A DNA stretch of 64,000 bases from Octopus vulgaris (Eukaryota): NCBI GenBank assembly GCA_951406725.2, contig OX597836.1, positions 30,876,001 to 30,940,000 on the forward strand, written 5' to 3'. How positions within the stretch are numbered: the first letter of the stretch is position 1; each line of letters opens with the position of its first letter. The notes below the pieces were generated by a model. It ran no database searches, had not been told where the DNA came from, and worked only from the letters and a program-made list of their open reading frames with translations. This document shows positions 25,670-38,307 of this stretch, piece after piece. The translations under genes were made by a program, and so were the position numbers.

Positions 25670-26128
25670 TGTCATCATCATCGTTGTCGTCATCATCATC
25701 ATCATCATCATTGTCGTCGTCGTTGTTGTTGTTATTGTCATTGTTTAATATCATTGTCGTCGTCATCATCATCATCATAATCATCATCATCATAGTCGTC
25801 GTCATCATCATTGTCATCATCATCATCATCATTGTCGTCGTCATTGGCGTTGTCATCGTCATCATCATCATTGTCGTCGTCGTCATCATCATCATCATCA
25901 TTGTCGTCGTCGTCATCATCATCATCATCATTGTCGTCGTTGTCGTCATCATCATCATCATCGTCGTCGTCGTCATCATCATCGTCGTCGTTGTCATCAT
26001 CATCATCATCGTCGTCGTTGTCGTCATCATCATCGTCGTCGTTGTCGTCATCATCGTCGTCGTTGTCGTCATCATCATCATCGTCGTTATTGTCGTCATC
26101 ATCATCATTGTTGTCATCATCATCATTG

Positions 26129-26162
<34 letters not shown>

Positions 26163-26175
26163 TGTCATCATCATT
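25670..26175. repeat. (CAT/CGT/TGT)n trinucleotide array
   Basis: Low-complexity triplet repeat. Confidence 0.95.
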
Positions 26176-26396
26176 AATACGTCTCCCAGAAGATCACTCT
26201 GGAAGTCTTTCTACTACTTCACTCTGAGAGAATTGTTTTTGGTTATATTTAAAAACACTGACTTTGTTGTCTTTTTCTCCCCCCCAAAAAAAACCAAAAA
26301 AGAAAAAGGGGAAAAAATCCATTATACTTGGTACACTTTCATGACTGGATTTTTGTTGAAATCCATTGTGGTCACTTAGTTACAGTAAGGCAACCA

Positions 26397-26533
26397 TTAC
26401 GGTCAGTTAGTTAGTAAGTAATCAAAGAATAAGCGATTCGGGTCAACAAGGACAGGTCATCTCCCTTAGATAACCTGCCCACGCTGACCCAGATTGTCTA
26501 TTCTTTGGCCACTTACTAACCAACTGACTGTAA
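26397..26533. repeat. imperfect inverted repeat (long hairpin)
   Basis: Arms 26397-26445 and 26485-26533, with an inner stem 26450-26462 / 26468-26480. Confidence 0.85.
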
Positions 26534-26580
26534 CAGATTCCTGCCTCCCAGAGTAGAAGAGTTATATTTGTCTTCGACTT

Positions 26581-26644
26581 TAGAGTCTGATGAGCTGTCC
26601 ATGGGGCCAGGGCATTTATGGATACAAAACCATTGGTCACTCTA
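26581..26644 (+). ncRNA. type I hammerhead-ribozyme-like motif (G12>A, probably inactive)
   Basis: tagagt-CTGATGA-g(c)tgtccat..atggatac-aAAA-cc-att-gg-TC-actcta. All three stems can form. Confidence 0.65.
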
Positions 26645-26739
26645 TGACCAGACATAGACTTAACCTTATAAAAATACATTTACTGCTCTATGCTTTAGAA
26701 TGTGCTTCCTTTATCTGGATATATGATACATTGATGATA

Positions 26740-26790
<51 letters not shown>

Positions 26791-26821
26791 ATCTATGTAT
26801 ATATATATATGTGTGTGTGTG

Positions 26822-26856
<35 letters not shown>

Positions 26857-27885
26857 ATATACAAACATATATGTAGATGCAAACATATTTAAACACACAC
26901 ACTTGCACACACACACACATGCACATATACATGTGTGTGTATATCATAATTATCATTTAACATCCTCCTTCCATGCTGCCATGGGTTGATGTATAGACGT
27001 ATGTGTATATATATATGTGTATATATATATGTGTGAACATATAAGCACACACACACACACACACACACATATTGTATTTTCTTTCATACAAGTTGAATTT
27101 TTTCAAAATTTGTCTGTCAAACAAGGCAGGTCGACTTATACACTGACACAACTTTTGAGTGCCTGAGTTTCTCATGAAATGCAGCAGGGCTTGGAAATAT
27201 GGTGGCGATGTTTGACTGTTTACACTATGTGTTCACACTATATACTATGTTTGCTTGAATACCAGAAAATGTATTTGCAAATGTTAAGTACTGAGTAACA
27301 CCGCTTAAACTTGTCCTAAAAACAGACTTCCTTTCAGAATCACTTTATTGGTATCAATAAAATGAACGAACCAAGTAAACGAATGCCACATTTTGCCAAT
27401 TTTCACAAGTTTAAATTGAAAAAAAAAAGATCTTATGCAATTAGCCAATTGACTTTATTTGCATATGTAATTAATTGGTCAATTTTACATAGATTTGATG
27501 CTAAATAGTTTAGTGTTCACGAAACTTATGCAATTTGCCAAATTATGTATTTGTTCAGTTGTAATTATACAAAATTGCCGGTACTGTCAGTGGTCTGGGT
27601 TAATTTTAACTTGGTCTGTATTTCTTCAAAATTAATCTTCCTTCTTCTTTAGATGTATATTTACTTCATCAAGCAGAAAATATTTTCTGATTTATTCTTC
27701 ACGTAGATATAATGGCAATCACAATTATTCACCTTTTTTCTTCGTTTTTAATTAGACAGTCAGCGAAGATTGATGCTCAGCCTGAACATCTTCAGGTTAT
27801 TGTCTGCAAGATTAACACAGAATATTTGCAGCACAGTAATATAACTTTCTCTCTCTCCTTCTCTTTAATGTATCAATAGAGTATT

Positions 27886-28648
27886 TATCTTATTTCTTTA
27901 CTGCCCACAGGGGACTACACGCAGAGAGGAGGCGCAATGGCCCAGTGGTTAGGGCAGCGAACTCGCGGTCATAGGATCACGGTTTCGATTCCCAGACCAG
28001 GCGTTGTGAGTGTTTATTGAGCGAAAACACCTAAAGCTCCACGAGTCTCCGGCAGGGGATGGTGATGATCCCTGCTGTACTCTTTCACCACAACTTTCTC
28101 TCACTCTTACTTCCTGTTTCTGTTGTACCTGTATTTCAAAGGGCCGGCCTTGTCACTCTCTGTGTCACGCTGAATATCCCCGAGAACTACGTTAAGGGTA
28201 CATGTGTCTGTGGAGTGCTCAGCCACTTACACGTTAATTTCACGAGCAGGCTGTTCCGTTGATCGGATCAACCGGAACCCTCGTCGTCGTAACCGACGGA
28301 GTGCTTCCACCACCACACGCAGAGGGGACAAGCAAGGACAGACAAACGGATTAAGTCAATTATATCGACGCCAGTGCGTAACTGGTACTTATTTAATCGA
28401 CCCCAAAAGGATGAAAGGTAAAGTCGACCTCGGTGGAATTTGAACTCAGAACATAAAGACAGACAAAATACTGCTGAGCATTTCACCGAGCGTGCTAACA
28501 TTTCTTATTTTTTTACTGCCCACAAGGGGCTACTCACAGATGGAACAAACAAAAACAGACAAACGGATTAAGTCGATTATATAGACCCCAGTGCATAACT
28601 GGTACTTAATTTGTTGACCCTGAAAGGATGAAAGGCAAAGTCGACAAA
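27886..28648 (-). mobile_element. two SINE-B copies, the first interrupted by a SINE-A
   Basis: B tail at 27886-27927 resumes at ~28314. A second B copy starts at ~28501. Confidence 0.8.
27928..28310 (+). mobile_element. SINE family A, full length
   Basis: Reverse complement of 18380-18767. Flanking repeat acacgcagag. Confidence 0.88.
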
Positions 28649-28856
28649 CATTGAGGGACAAACATCCCAAAACTAGTTCGAGCGTATCACTCAGGCTTGC
28701 GAGGAAGGGATGGCCTCCCTTTGCAAATACTCCAAAGACACAGATATTGTGTTTAGAGCCAGCTAGAGACGAAGATCTCTTGGGGCTATAAAGCTACAGT
28801 AATAACCCCCTCCCCAATGTGGTTAGCCATGATAAGATGGCTTCTATACTTTACAT

Positions 28857-28894
<38 letters not shown>

Positions 28895-28895
28895 C

Positions 28896-28957
<62 letters not shown>

Positions 28958-29344
28958 TTCAGTAGTATCGGGCTCACAATCATGAGGTAGTGAGTTCGAT
29001 TCCTGGACTGGGCTGCGTGTTGTGTTCTTAAGCAAGACACTTTATTTCATGTTGCTCCAATTCGCTCAGCTGTAGAAATGAGTTGCAACATCACTGGCGC
29101 CAAGCTGTATCAGCCTTTACCTTTTCCTTTTTATAATTATCTGCGCAGCTTAGCTTGAGCTGAGATTAAATTTGATGGTGTCTCGCTGTTGCTGCTGCTG
29201 CTGTTGCTGCTGCTGTTGCTGTTGTTATTGTTGTTGCTGCTGCTGCTGTTGTTGTTGTTGTTGTTGTAGTTGTTGATGCTGCTGCTGCTGTTGTTGTTGT
29301 TGGTCAGCATAAGATCAATTCTGATTGAGCAGACCAATTTCATA

Positions 29345-30137
29345 TCTTGTACTTGTTTTCAGTTGTTAGACTGCGGCCATGCTGGGGCACTGCGTTGAAG
29401 GGTTCATTTGAACATATAAACCCCAGTATCTAGTTTTCAAGTCCGATACTTTTTATGTTGGTCACTTTTGCCAAACCACTAAGATATGGCGGGGTAAACA
29501 AACCAACACTAGCTATCAAGTGGTGGTAGGGGACAAGCACGCATGCACACACACAAACAAAAACACACACACATGACAGGCTTCTTTCAGTTTCCGTCTA
29601 TCAAATCCACTCACAAGGCTTGGTCAGCCTGGAGCTATAGTAGAAGACATTTGCCCAAGGTGTTATGCAGTGGGATTGAGCCTGGAACCACGCACTTAGG
29701 AAGCAAACTTCTTACCACACAGCCACGCCTGTGCCTATACTCTTTTACCTGTTTCAGTCATTTGACTGTGGTCATGCTGGAGCACTGCCTTTAGTCGAGC
29801 AAATTGACCCTACAACTTATTCTTTGTAAGCCTAGCACTTATTCTATCGGTCTCTTTTGCCGAATCGCTAAGATATGGGGATGTAAACACACCAGCATCG
29901 GTTGTCAAGCGATGTTGGGGGGGGGGGGCAAACACAGACACACAAACATACACCCACACACACACATATATATGACGGGCTTCTTTCAGTTTCCGTCTAC
30001 AAAATCCACTCACAAGGCTTTGGTCGGCCCGAGACTACAGTAGAAGACACTTGCCCAAGGTGCCGCACAGTGGGACCGAACCCGGAACCATGTGGTTCGT
30101 GAGCAAGCTACTTACCACACAGCCACGCCTGTGCCTA
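29345..30137 (-). mobile_element. two tandem SINE-C copies
   Basis: Older copy at 29345-29737 and younger copy at 29738-30137. Confidence 0.8.
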
Positions 30138-30784
30138 TGACCAAAAGCATTTCAACAATCACCAACCAATCATTTGACGTTTTGTACTTCCCTGATAACA
30201 TTGTTTACCGTAGCCGTTTTTTTTCTTTTTCTTTTTGAAGATACCAAAGTCACTGTTATTTAGGGGAGCAAATCTAGTTGCTACATTTCACAGATTGAGC
30301 ATTCTAATGCTCCGAATCTCTCAACTACATGAGTAATTAACTTATTTGCATAATGATACACAGGCAATCAATAATATACCATTAACATTTATGTTTTTAT
30401 TTTATTTTCCTCTACCAGCTCATATTAGCCAAGTCCATTTATTTTACTTAGATCAATAACTGTTGGTATTAGTCCAGGAATTGTCATACTTATGCAAGAA
30501 TTTAAACACATAGCACTCAGCACTGATGCTGGAGTCAATTTTTTTCTCTCTTTTTTTTTTTGTCATTATTTGTTTTGTTTCGTTTCTTTTTTTTTTTTTT
30601 TCTCTCATATTTCTCCTCCCACATCATTCATTGTATATCAGTTTTCTCCGCTTGGATGGGTCTGGTTGGCTTTTGATCCAGCTTCATGTCATACATAAAG
30701 CGTGTGCTCTTTTGTCATCTTTTATCATCGCAACAGTAGAACTCGCCCCGCCCCCCTGGCCATCAGTCATTTTTTTTTTTTGTC

Positions 30785-31520
<736 letters not shown>

Positions 31521-31609
31521 CTGTTATTGTTTTGTATGTGATTTGTTTTTGTCTTGTATGTTTTGGCCTGGTTGACCAAGTCTATTGTGAATTATCACTT
31601 CTGTCCCTT

Positions 31610-31845
31610 TTAACTGGGAATGGCGGCCAGTTTTCCTGTCTCTAGTCACTATGGTGAAAGAGGTTGTCTGGCGGAAGAGGATGGCAGCACAGGACACTGT
31701 TATTTTCCACTTTGGTCAAGCTTTTATCACCTCTAGAAGTTCCACTTGAGAGGGAAAGTGAGGGTGGAGAGGGAGGTGCTCTCCTGCAGCATATTTGTCA
31801 AAAGCTGGGTGACATTGGTGAAAATGACAAGAATGAATAGGTAAC
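31610..31845 (+). mobile_element. probable Tx1/L1-like LINE ORF2 C-terminal relic
   Basis: Two frames read VFLSLVTMVKEVVWRKRM and FHLRGKVRVEREVLS..F..SW, resembling the W..R...F...W end of L1/Tx1 ORF2. Confidence 0.5.
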
Positions 31846-32119
31846 TGTAGGTTGGGATAGGGTACTTGCCCTTGGTGGTCAGGGTGATCCTAGATCTAGG
31901 GGATTCTTTGACTGGTCCTACTTGGAGGTCCTCCTGTATCCAGAAGTCTGGTTAGTCCATATTACTCTGTTAGGAGCATTGGGTTGGTTTTCCTGGTTTC
32001 TCTGACACATATATTCCTTCCTGGATGGGATGTCAGTCTGTTGTAGGATTACTAATGTTTACCAGCTGAGTGGACTGGAAAATGTAAACCAAAGTGTTTT
32101 GCTCAAGAACACAATGTGT

Positions 32120-32986
32120 CACCTAGCCCAAGAATCAAAACCACAGTCTTACAATCATGAGTGAAACACCCTAACCACTAAGCCATGTGTCCCCACCGTT
32201 GTTCAGTCTAGGAATTGAAACCACAATCTTTTGATCCTGAGTCCAACACCCTAACCACAATGCCATGTGTCCCCACCGTTGTTCAGTCTAGGTATTGAAA
32301 CCACAATCTTTTGATCCTGAGTCCAACACCCCAACCACAATGCCATGCACTTCTGCTTTTGCCCAGCACAGGAATCAAAACCACAATTTTACTGTCATGA
32401 TTGAAACCCCCTAACCACTAAGCCATGTGTCCCCACCGTTGTTCAGTCTAGGAATTGAAACCACTATCTTTTGATCCTGAGTCCAACACCCTAACCACAA
32501 TGCCATGCACTTCCACTTTTGCCCAGCACAGGAATCAAAACCACAATTTTACTGTCATGATTGAAACCCCCTAACCACTAAGCCATTTGTCCCCACCGTT
32601 GCTCAGTCTAGGAATTGAAACCACAATCTTTTGATCCTGAGTCCAACACCCTAACCACAATGCCATGCACTTCCGCTTTTGCCCAGCATAGGAATCAAAA
32701 CCACAATTTTACTGTCATGAGTGCGACACCCTAACCACTAATCCATGCACCTCCACTATCGCTCAGTCCAGGAATCGAAACCACAGCCTTAGGATCATAA
32801 GTGTAACACCCTAACCACTAAACTATGTGTCCCCACTTTTGCTCAGTCCAGGAATTGAAACCACAATCTTAGGATCATGAGTCGAACAGCCTAACCACTA
32901 GGCCATGTACCTCCACTATCACCCAGGCTAGGAACTGAAACAGCAATCTTAGTCTAACACCCTAACCACAAAGCCATGCACCTCCT
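32120..32986 (-). repeat. 11 x 80-bp tandem array of SINE-D tRNA-like heads
   Basis: ctaaccac recurs at 32171, 32251 ... 32891 and 32962. The array abuts a single SINE-D body at ~31975-32125. Confidence 0.9.
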
Positions 32987-34081
32987 TTGCATCAGAAGAC
33001 TGCTCTATCACCTTAATTTCTTTCTATACTATGTATTCTTTTATTCTCGTTCGTTTTTATTCATTCAGATTTTATGTAACATCCCTTCGCTTTGTGTAAG
33101 CAGTCTTTGTAGTGACATTGCTATTAGGTGCCTCTGCCACTCATAAAAAAGCCATTATCATTATATATTATTGTTATTATTGCTGTTGGTGTTATTATTA
33201 CGTGTAAAAATGATTTACGCAGAGAAACTGTCTGACATGTTGAGTTATTAAAACAACCGTTAAAAGCTGGTATAGGAATCAAGATTCAGTCTGAGGAAGC
33301 TAGTGGTGGTTTGTGTTGGCCAGGGGGAGAGAGAGGGGGGATGGAAAGGGAGGGAGAGAGAGGGGGAGTGTGTGTGTGTGTTTAAGTAGAAAAAGTATAG
33401 AGAGAAGGAAAAAAAAAGAGAGTGTGTGTATTTAGAGTAAGTATAGAGAGGGAGAAAGGGGAGAAAGAGAGACAGAATAAGAAGAGTGACACAGTAAAAA
33501 GGAGATAGAAAAAGTGTCACACAGACCCTGTGTGTATGTGTGTGTGTGTGAGTGTGTGGTGAAATGCATCTCAGTTGCAGTTGCTTGAAGAAGAATGAAT
33601 GCATGCGTGTATGTGTGCATATGTATATATGTGTGAGTGTGTTAAGTTATGTAATATATTTCTGTACATGTGTGTTAGTTTCAAATCTTGGCACAAAGCC
33701 ACCAATTTCTGGGAAGGGGGTAAATCAATTACATCGATTTCCCCAGTACTCAACTGGTACTCATTTTATCGAGCCTGAAAGGATGAAAGGCAAAGTCGAC
33801 CTTGATGGAATTTGAACTCAGAACGTATAGATTGGCAAAATGCTGCTAAGAATTTCACCCAGCGTGTGAACGATTCTGCCAGCTCACCACCTATTTCTGT
33901 ACTAGTATATTAAGAAATAAAAAAATAAATATAAATTTATGAAAATTATAGGCTCAGGTATGGTTGTGTGGTTCAGAAGCTTGCTTCCCGACCATGTGGT
34001 CTTGGGTTCAGTTCCACTGCGTGGCACACCTTGAGCAAGTGTCTTTTACTATAGCCCTAGGGTTTTTTTTCTCAATATATA

Positions 34082-34473
34082 TCTTTATATATAAAAGTGA
34101 GGTTGTGTGCTGTCTGTCTCCTATGATTTAGATTCCTAACTACTCCCACATTTTGCGGTGCAGTTTAACCAAAACCGGGTATCTTATAGTTGTGATTCAT
34201 ATCGAGCCCTTCTGGGTATTAGCGCACGTCTACGATGAGTCTACGATTTAAAAAAAAATTTACCATCAATTTTTCCCATTTTTAATGCATTTTTGGCATA
34301 TATAAGGGAAGTAACTCTCTAAAAATTTATTATTAAATCTCAGAACGTAAAAAGCTACAGTAACCCCCTTTGTGGTTAACCATATTGAGATGGCTATTAT
34401 ACTTTACATCTCTAAAAATGCTTATATAGTTATTTCCCTTACAAACCCGAGCAACGCCGGGCGATATTGCTAG
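34082..34473 (+). mobile_element. non-autonomous Helitron
   Basis: 5'-TC, 3'-CTAG, subterminal hairpin cccgagcaacgccggg, inserted between A and T. Confidence 0.85.
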
Positions 34474-35309
34474 TATATATATATATATATATATATATAA
34501 ATTACAAAATGGGACAAGAACACAAAACATCCGGACAGTTAGGTGATACAAAAAGGACAACAAAACATCCAGATAGACGATACAAAGAAAACAAGGACGG
34601 GTCATTCGAAGCCCTCTATCCTCAGTCAAGCACCAGATTATCCTCGCAATTTCGGCTGATTATATATACATACATGTGTGTGTGTGTATGTGTGTGTGTG
34701 TGTGTGAGTGTGTGTGTATCTATGTATGTATATATGCATGCGTTTCTGTGTAGCCTTCTCTTGACATCATGTCATAGTTGTATGGTTGTAAATAAGCATC
34801 ACCGACATACAAGTGGTGTCGTTCTCTTCCAGTCTTCCGTGGAAAACACACCTGGCCATGAGAACTATAACCTAGGAAAGAGATGAGGTTTGGTGACAGG
34901 AAGGGCATCCAGCTGTAGAAAAATCTGCCTCAACAAAGTTGCATTCAACTCATGAAAGCATGGAAAAGTGGACATTTAAATGATGCTAATGAATATTTAA
35001 CGCAGATTAAAACCTTCTCAAAACCCTCATTCATAGAAGGAGATTTTATTAGATTAATCCTTATATGTGCCTGATATCTTTTGAAAATTAATCCCGAATG
35101 AAGTGTCTTTCGGCATTGAGCAGAGTCCTTTTGGAAGCAAAGAATGTTATCTAAGTCATTTAATGTTATCAATTAAAGTTGTCAGAATGGAAGATGGATC
35201 TTGGCATCAATTCAATGGTCGATTGAGTTATAAACAACTGCTGCTAGGGTTTTGATTTCTTTCTTCAATTAAGAAAGGAAATTTAAATCCACGGAGAACC
35301 TTTTATTTT

Positions 35310-35323
35310 GTGCATGTGTTGTG

Positions 35324-35364
<41 letters not shown>

Positions 35365-35790
35365 ACGTGCATGTGTTTATGTTTGTGTTTCTGTGTGTAT
35401 GTTTATGTGTTTGTGTGTTTGCGTGTATGCCTGTGTGCATGTGTGTGTGTGTGTGCATGTGTGCACACATGCATGTGTTTGTGCGTACATGTGTGCGTTT
35501 GTGTGTGCATCTGTGTTTGTGTGTGTGTGTGCATGTGTGCACACGTGCATGTGTTTGTGTGTACATGTGTGCGTTTGTGTGTGCATCTGTGTTTGTGTGT
35601 GTGCATGTGTGCACACGTGCATGTATTTGTGTGTACATGTGTGCGTTTGTGTGTGCATCTGTGTTTGTGTGTGTGTGTGTGCATGTTTGTGTGAACGCTT
35701 GTGTGTTTACGTGTGTTTGTGTGTGTGTATGTGTGTGTGTGCATGTGTGTGTGTACGTGTATGTGTATGTGTGTGTGTGTGTGTGTGTTA
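35310..35790. repeat. TG-rich compound minisatellite
   Basis: Higher-order gtgcatgtgtgcacac...gtgcgtttgtg units. Confidence 0.85.
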
Positions 35791-36240
35791 TTCAACACAT
35801 CCCCCTCTTAACTTAATCATCAAATAACTCCACTTCAATTATTTCTTTTAGCTCACTTAATGTTTTAATTATGCAAATTATACTAGCCAAAAATCTTTGC
35901 AATTCTTTTTCTATATGTTAAAACCATTGTCCTCTGCTCAAAGCAGACTTGTAGGCCATACTAAGCTGATAACACTGAAGTATGTTAATAACTGTTCTGT
36001 TTGCATGCAAACCAAGATTAGATTTTTAAGCACGAAAACAAATTTAATGGAGTTAATTCTTAATCTCTTTGAAATTATCTCCCCTTTTGCTTTGATAGTT
36101 ACTAACAATTACCACAAGGATCTTTTTATATTCTTTTACCAACTAAGAAAGAAATTTCAATTAATTATTATCCCATTGAGTTGTAAGAAGTAACTACACT
36201 GGGAGATAGAGAGAGAAAGAGAGAGAAGGTAATAGAGAAG

Positions 36241-36904
36241 GCATCACTTACCAAGTCCTTTGTGAGCCGCTCTCCGGCTATCTATCTGAGGCTTTATATA
36301 GCCATGGTGCAACCTCACCTGGTATTTGCATCACCGGTCTGGAACCCCTATCTTGCCCAGAATATTAATCGTCTGGAAACCATTCAGTGATGTGCAACCA
36401 AGAGAATACCCTCCATAAGGCATTTGCCATATTCTGAATGCCTAACTTCCCTGGGCATGGATACATTGAAACTCTGACATCTGGCAGCTGATTTGGCAGA
36501 CACCTATATAATTATTAACCATCTTACTAACAATAACTCTGAGCACCTTTTCAAACTCCACCTGTCTAACACCCGTGGACTTATTTACAAAGTCAGAAAA
36601 CAACACAGCTCCCATGACTTTCGGAAACATTTTTTCACGCTGAGAGTTGCTGAAGCATGGAACAGACTGCCGGCATCAGTTGTTAGTTGTCGGAGCACTG
36701 CATCCTTCAAAACTTCATTGCTTCTTGAGATTCGCCAACACTACACCTGATTTTCTCCCCTCCATACACACGCAAGCATGTATCTGACTCATACAGTGTT
36801 CACTTTCCAGACATTTGTACATTACTGCATATACTTTATACGCACTTTCTGACAAGTTGTGGTGCACCTGTGCACTGTATACAATAATTTCATTATTATT
36901 ATTA

Positions 36905-36958
<54 letters not shown>
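36241..36958 (+). mobile_element. CR1-clade LINE 3' fragment, decayed
   Basis: Homologous to 16645-17160 with in-frame stops, a longer 3' UTR, the same terminal stem-loop and a long (ATT)n. Confidence 0.9.
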
Positions 36959-36959
<1 letters not shown>

Positions 36960-37244
36960 GTAATAAGTAGAGGGCTTACAGGAAAGGGCAAGGTCGAAAT
37001 AGTGAAAGAAGTGAAGGGAGGGAGTTAGTAGAATAAGAAAAAGGTAAAGGTGAGAGTGTGGAAGGTGCATTGATGAAAGACACAGGGGTTTAGATATAAT
37101 GGTCACATAGTGGTCAGTTGTTCCAAAGGCAATAAAATGACCCCACACAAATAATAAATGAAGCTAGGAGTGAGAGTGTAGAAGATTTTAAACATCAAAG
37201 AATGATAAAGAACCCATAGGAAGGAAGAGCTGTCCAGTCCCCTG

Positions 37245-37875
37245 GTCTTTTACTTGTTTCAGTCATTAGACTGGTACCATGCTGGGACACTGCCTTGAAC
37301 AATTTTTTTTTAGTCAAATGAATCGACCCCAGTGCTTATTTGGTGCTAAACCTGGTACTTATTCTATTGGATGCTTTTGCTGAGCCGCTAAGTTACAAGG
37401 ATGTAAATACATTAACACCAGTTGTCAAGCAGTGGTGGAGAACAAACACAGACATAACCCCCCCCCCACACACACACACACAAACACATATATACGACAG
37501 GCTTCTTTCAGTTTCTGTTTACTAAATCTACTCACAAGGCTTTGGTTGACCCAAGGCTATAGTAGAAAACACTTGTCCAAGGTGCCATGCAAGTGGGACT
37601 GAACCCAGAACCATGTGGTTGGGAAGCAAGCTTCTTATTTCTTTATTGCCCACAAGGTGCTAAACATAGAGGGAACAAACAAGGATAGACAAAGGGATTA
37701 AGTCGATTACATCGACCCCAGTGCATAACTGGTACTTAATTTATCGACCCCGAAAGGATGAAAGGCAAAGTCGACCCCGGCAGAATTTGAACTCAGAACG
37801 TAGAGATAGATGAAATACTGCTAGGCATTTTGCCCAGTGGGCTAACAATTCTGCCAGCTCTTACCACACAGTCAG
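37245..37875 (-). mobile_element. SINE-C with SINE-B (37636-37860) inserted in its head
   Basis: The C head sequence cttctta|ccacacag is split by B, with tctta duplicated. Confidence 0.8.
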
Positions 37876-37928
37876 CCTGAATGTCTAAACTGTTAAGATG
37901 TTGGAAATTGTTCGAGTGTGTATAGGCA

Positions 37929-38307
37929 TGTAGCATATCTGAGATCCTCACTGTTTGAGAAACACAATAAGAATGATCTCGTTTGAGATTACATCCATCT
38001 TTGGCTAGTTCGACCCTGTTGTGTCCACTGATCTGATTGGTTGGCATCTAGCGCGGTTTGTCTCCCTACTTATTTCGTGCCAGAGTGTAAAGCAACCAAT
38101 CACGGTCTTAGGATAAGGTCTGCTTCTTTGAGCCCACCACAGGCTTTACACTCTGGCGTGAAATAAGTAGGGAGACAAACCGTGCTAGATGCCAATCAAT
38201 CAAATCAGTGGACACAACAGGGTCGAACTAGCCAAAGATGGATGTAAGCTCAAACGAGATCATTCTTATTGTGTTTCTCAAATAGTGAGGATATCAGATA
38301 TGCTACA
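37929..38307. mobile_element. foldback MITE with 165-bp TIRs, TGT...ACA ends, 4-bp TSD (Ginger-like)
   Basis: Arms 37929-38093 and 38143-38307 are near-perfect reverse complements. ggca lies on both sides. Confidence 0.85.

Noticed and set aside
26397-26533. Known pre-miRNA (tctttgg resembles the miR-9 start)
   Set aside because: Similarity ends after 7 nt, and the hairpin is longer than a typical precursor.
27755-27845. Possible small exon (QSAKIDAQPEHLQ)
   Set aside because: Weak donor, no recognisable protein and no partner exons.
32120-32986. tRNA gene cluster
   Set aside because: The units match SINE-D heads, the anticodon region varies, and there is no convincing acceptor stem or T-run terminator.
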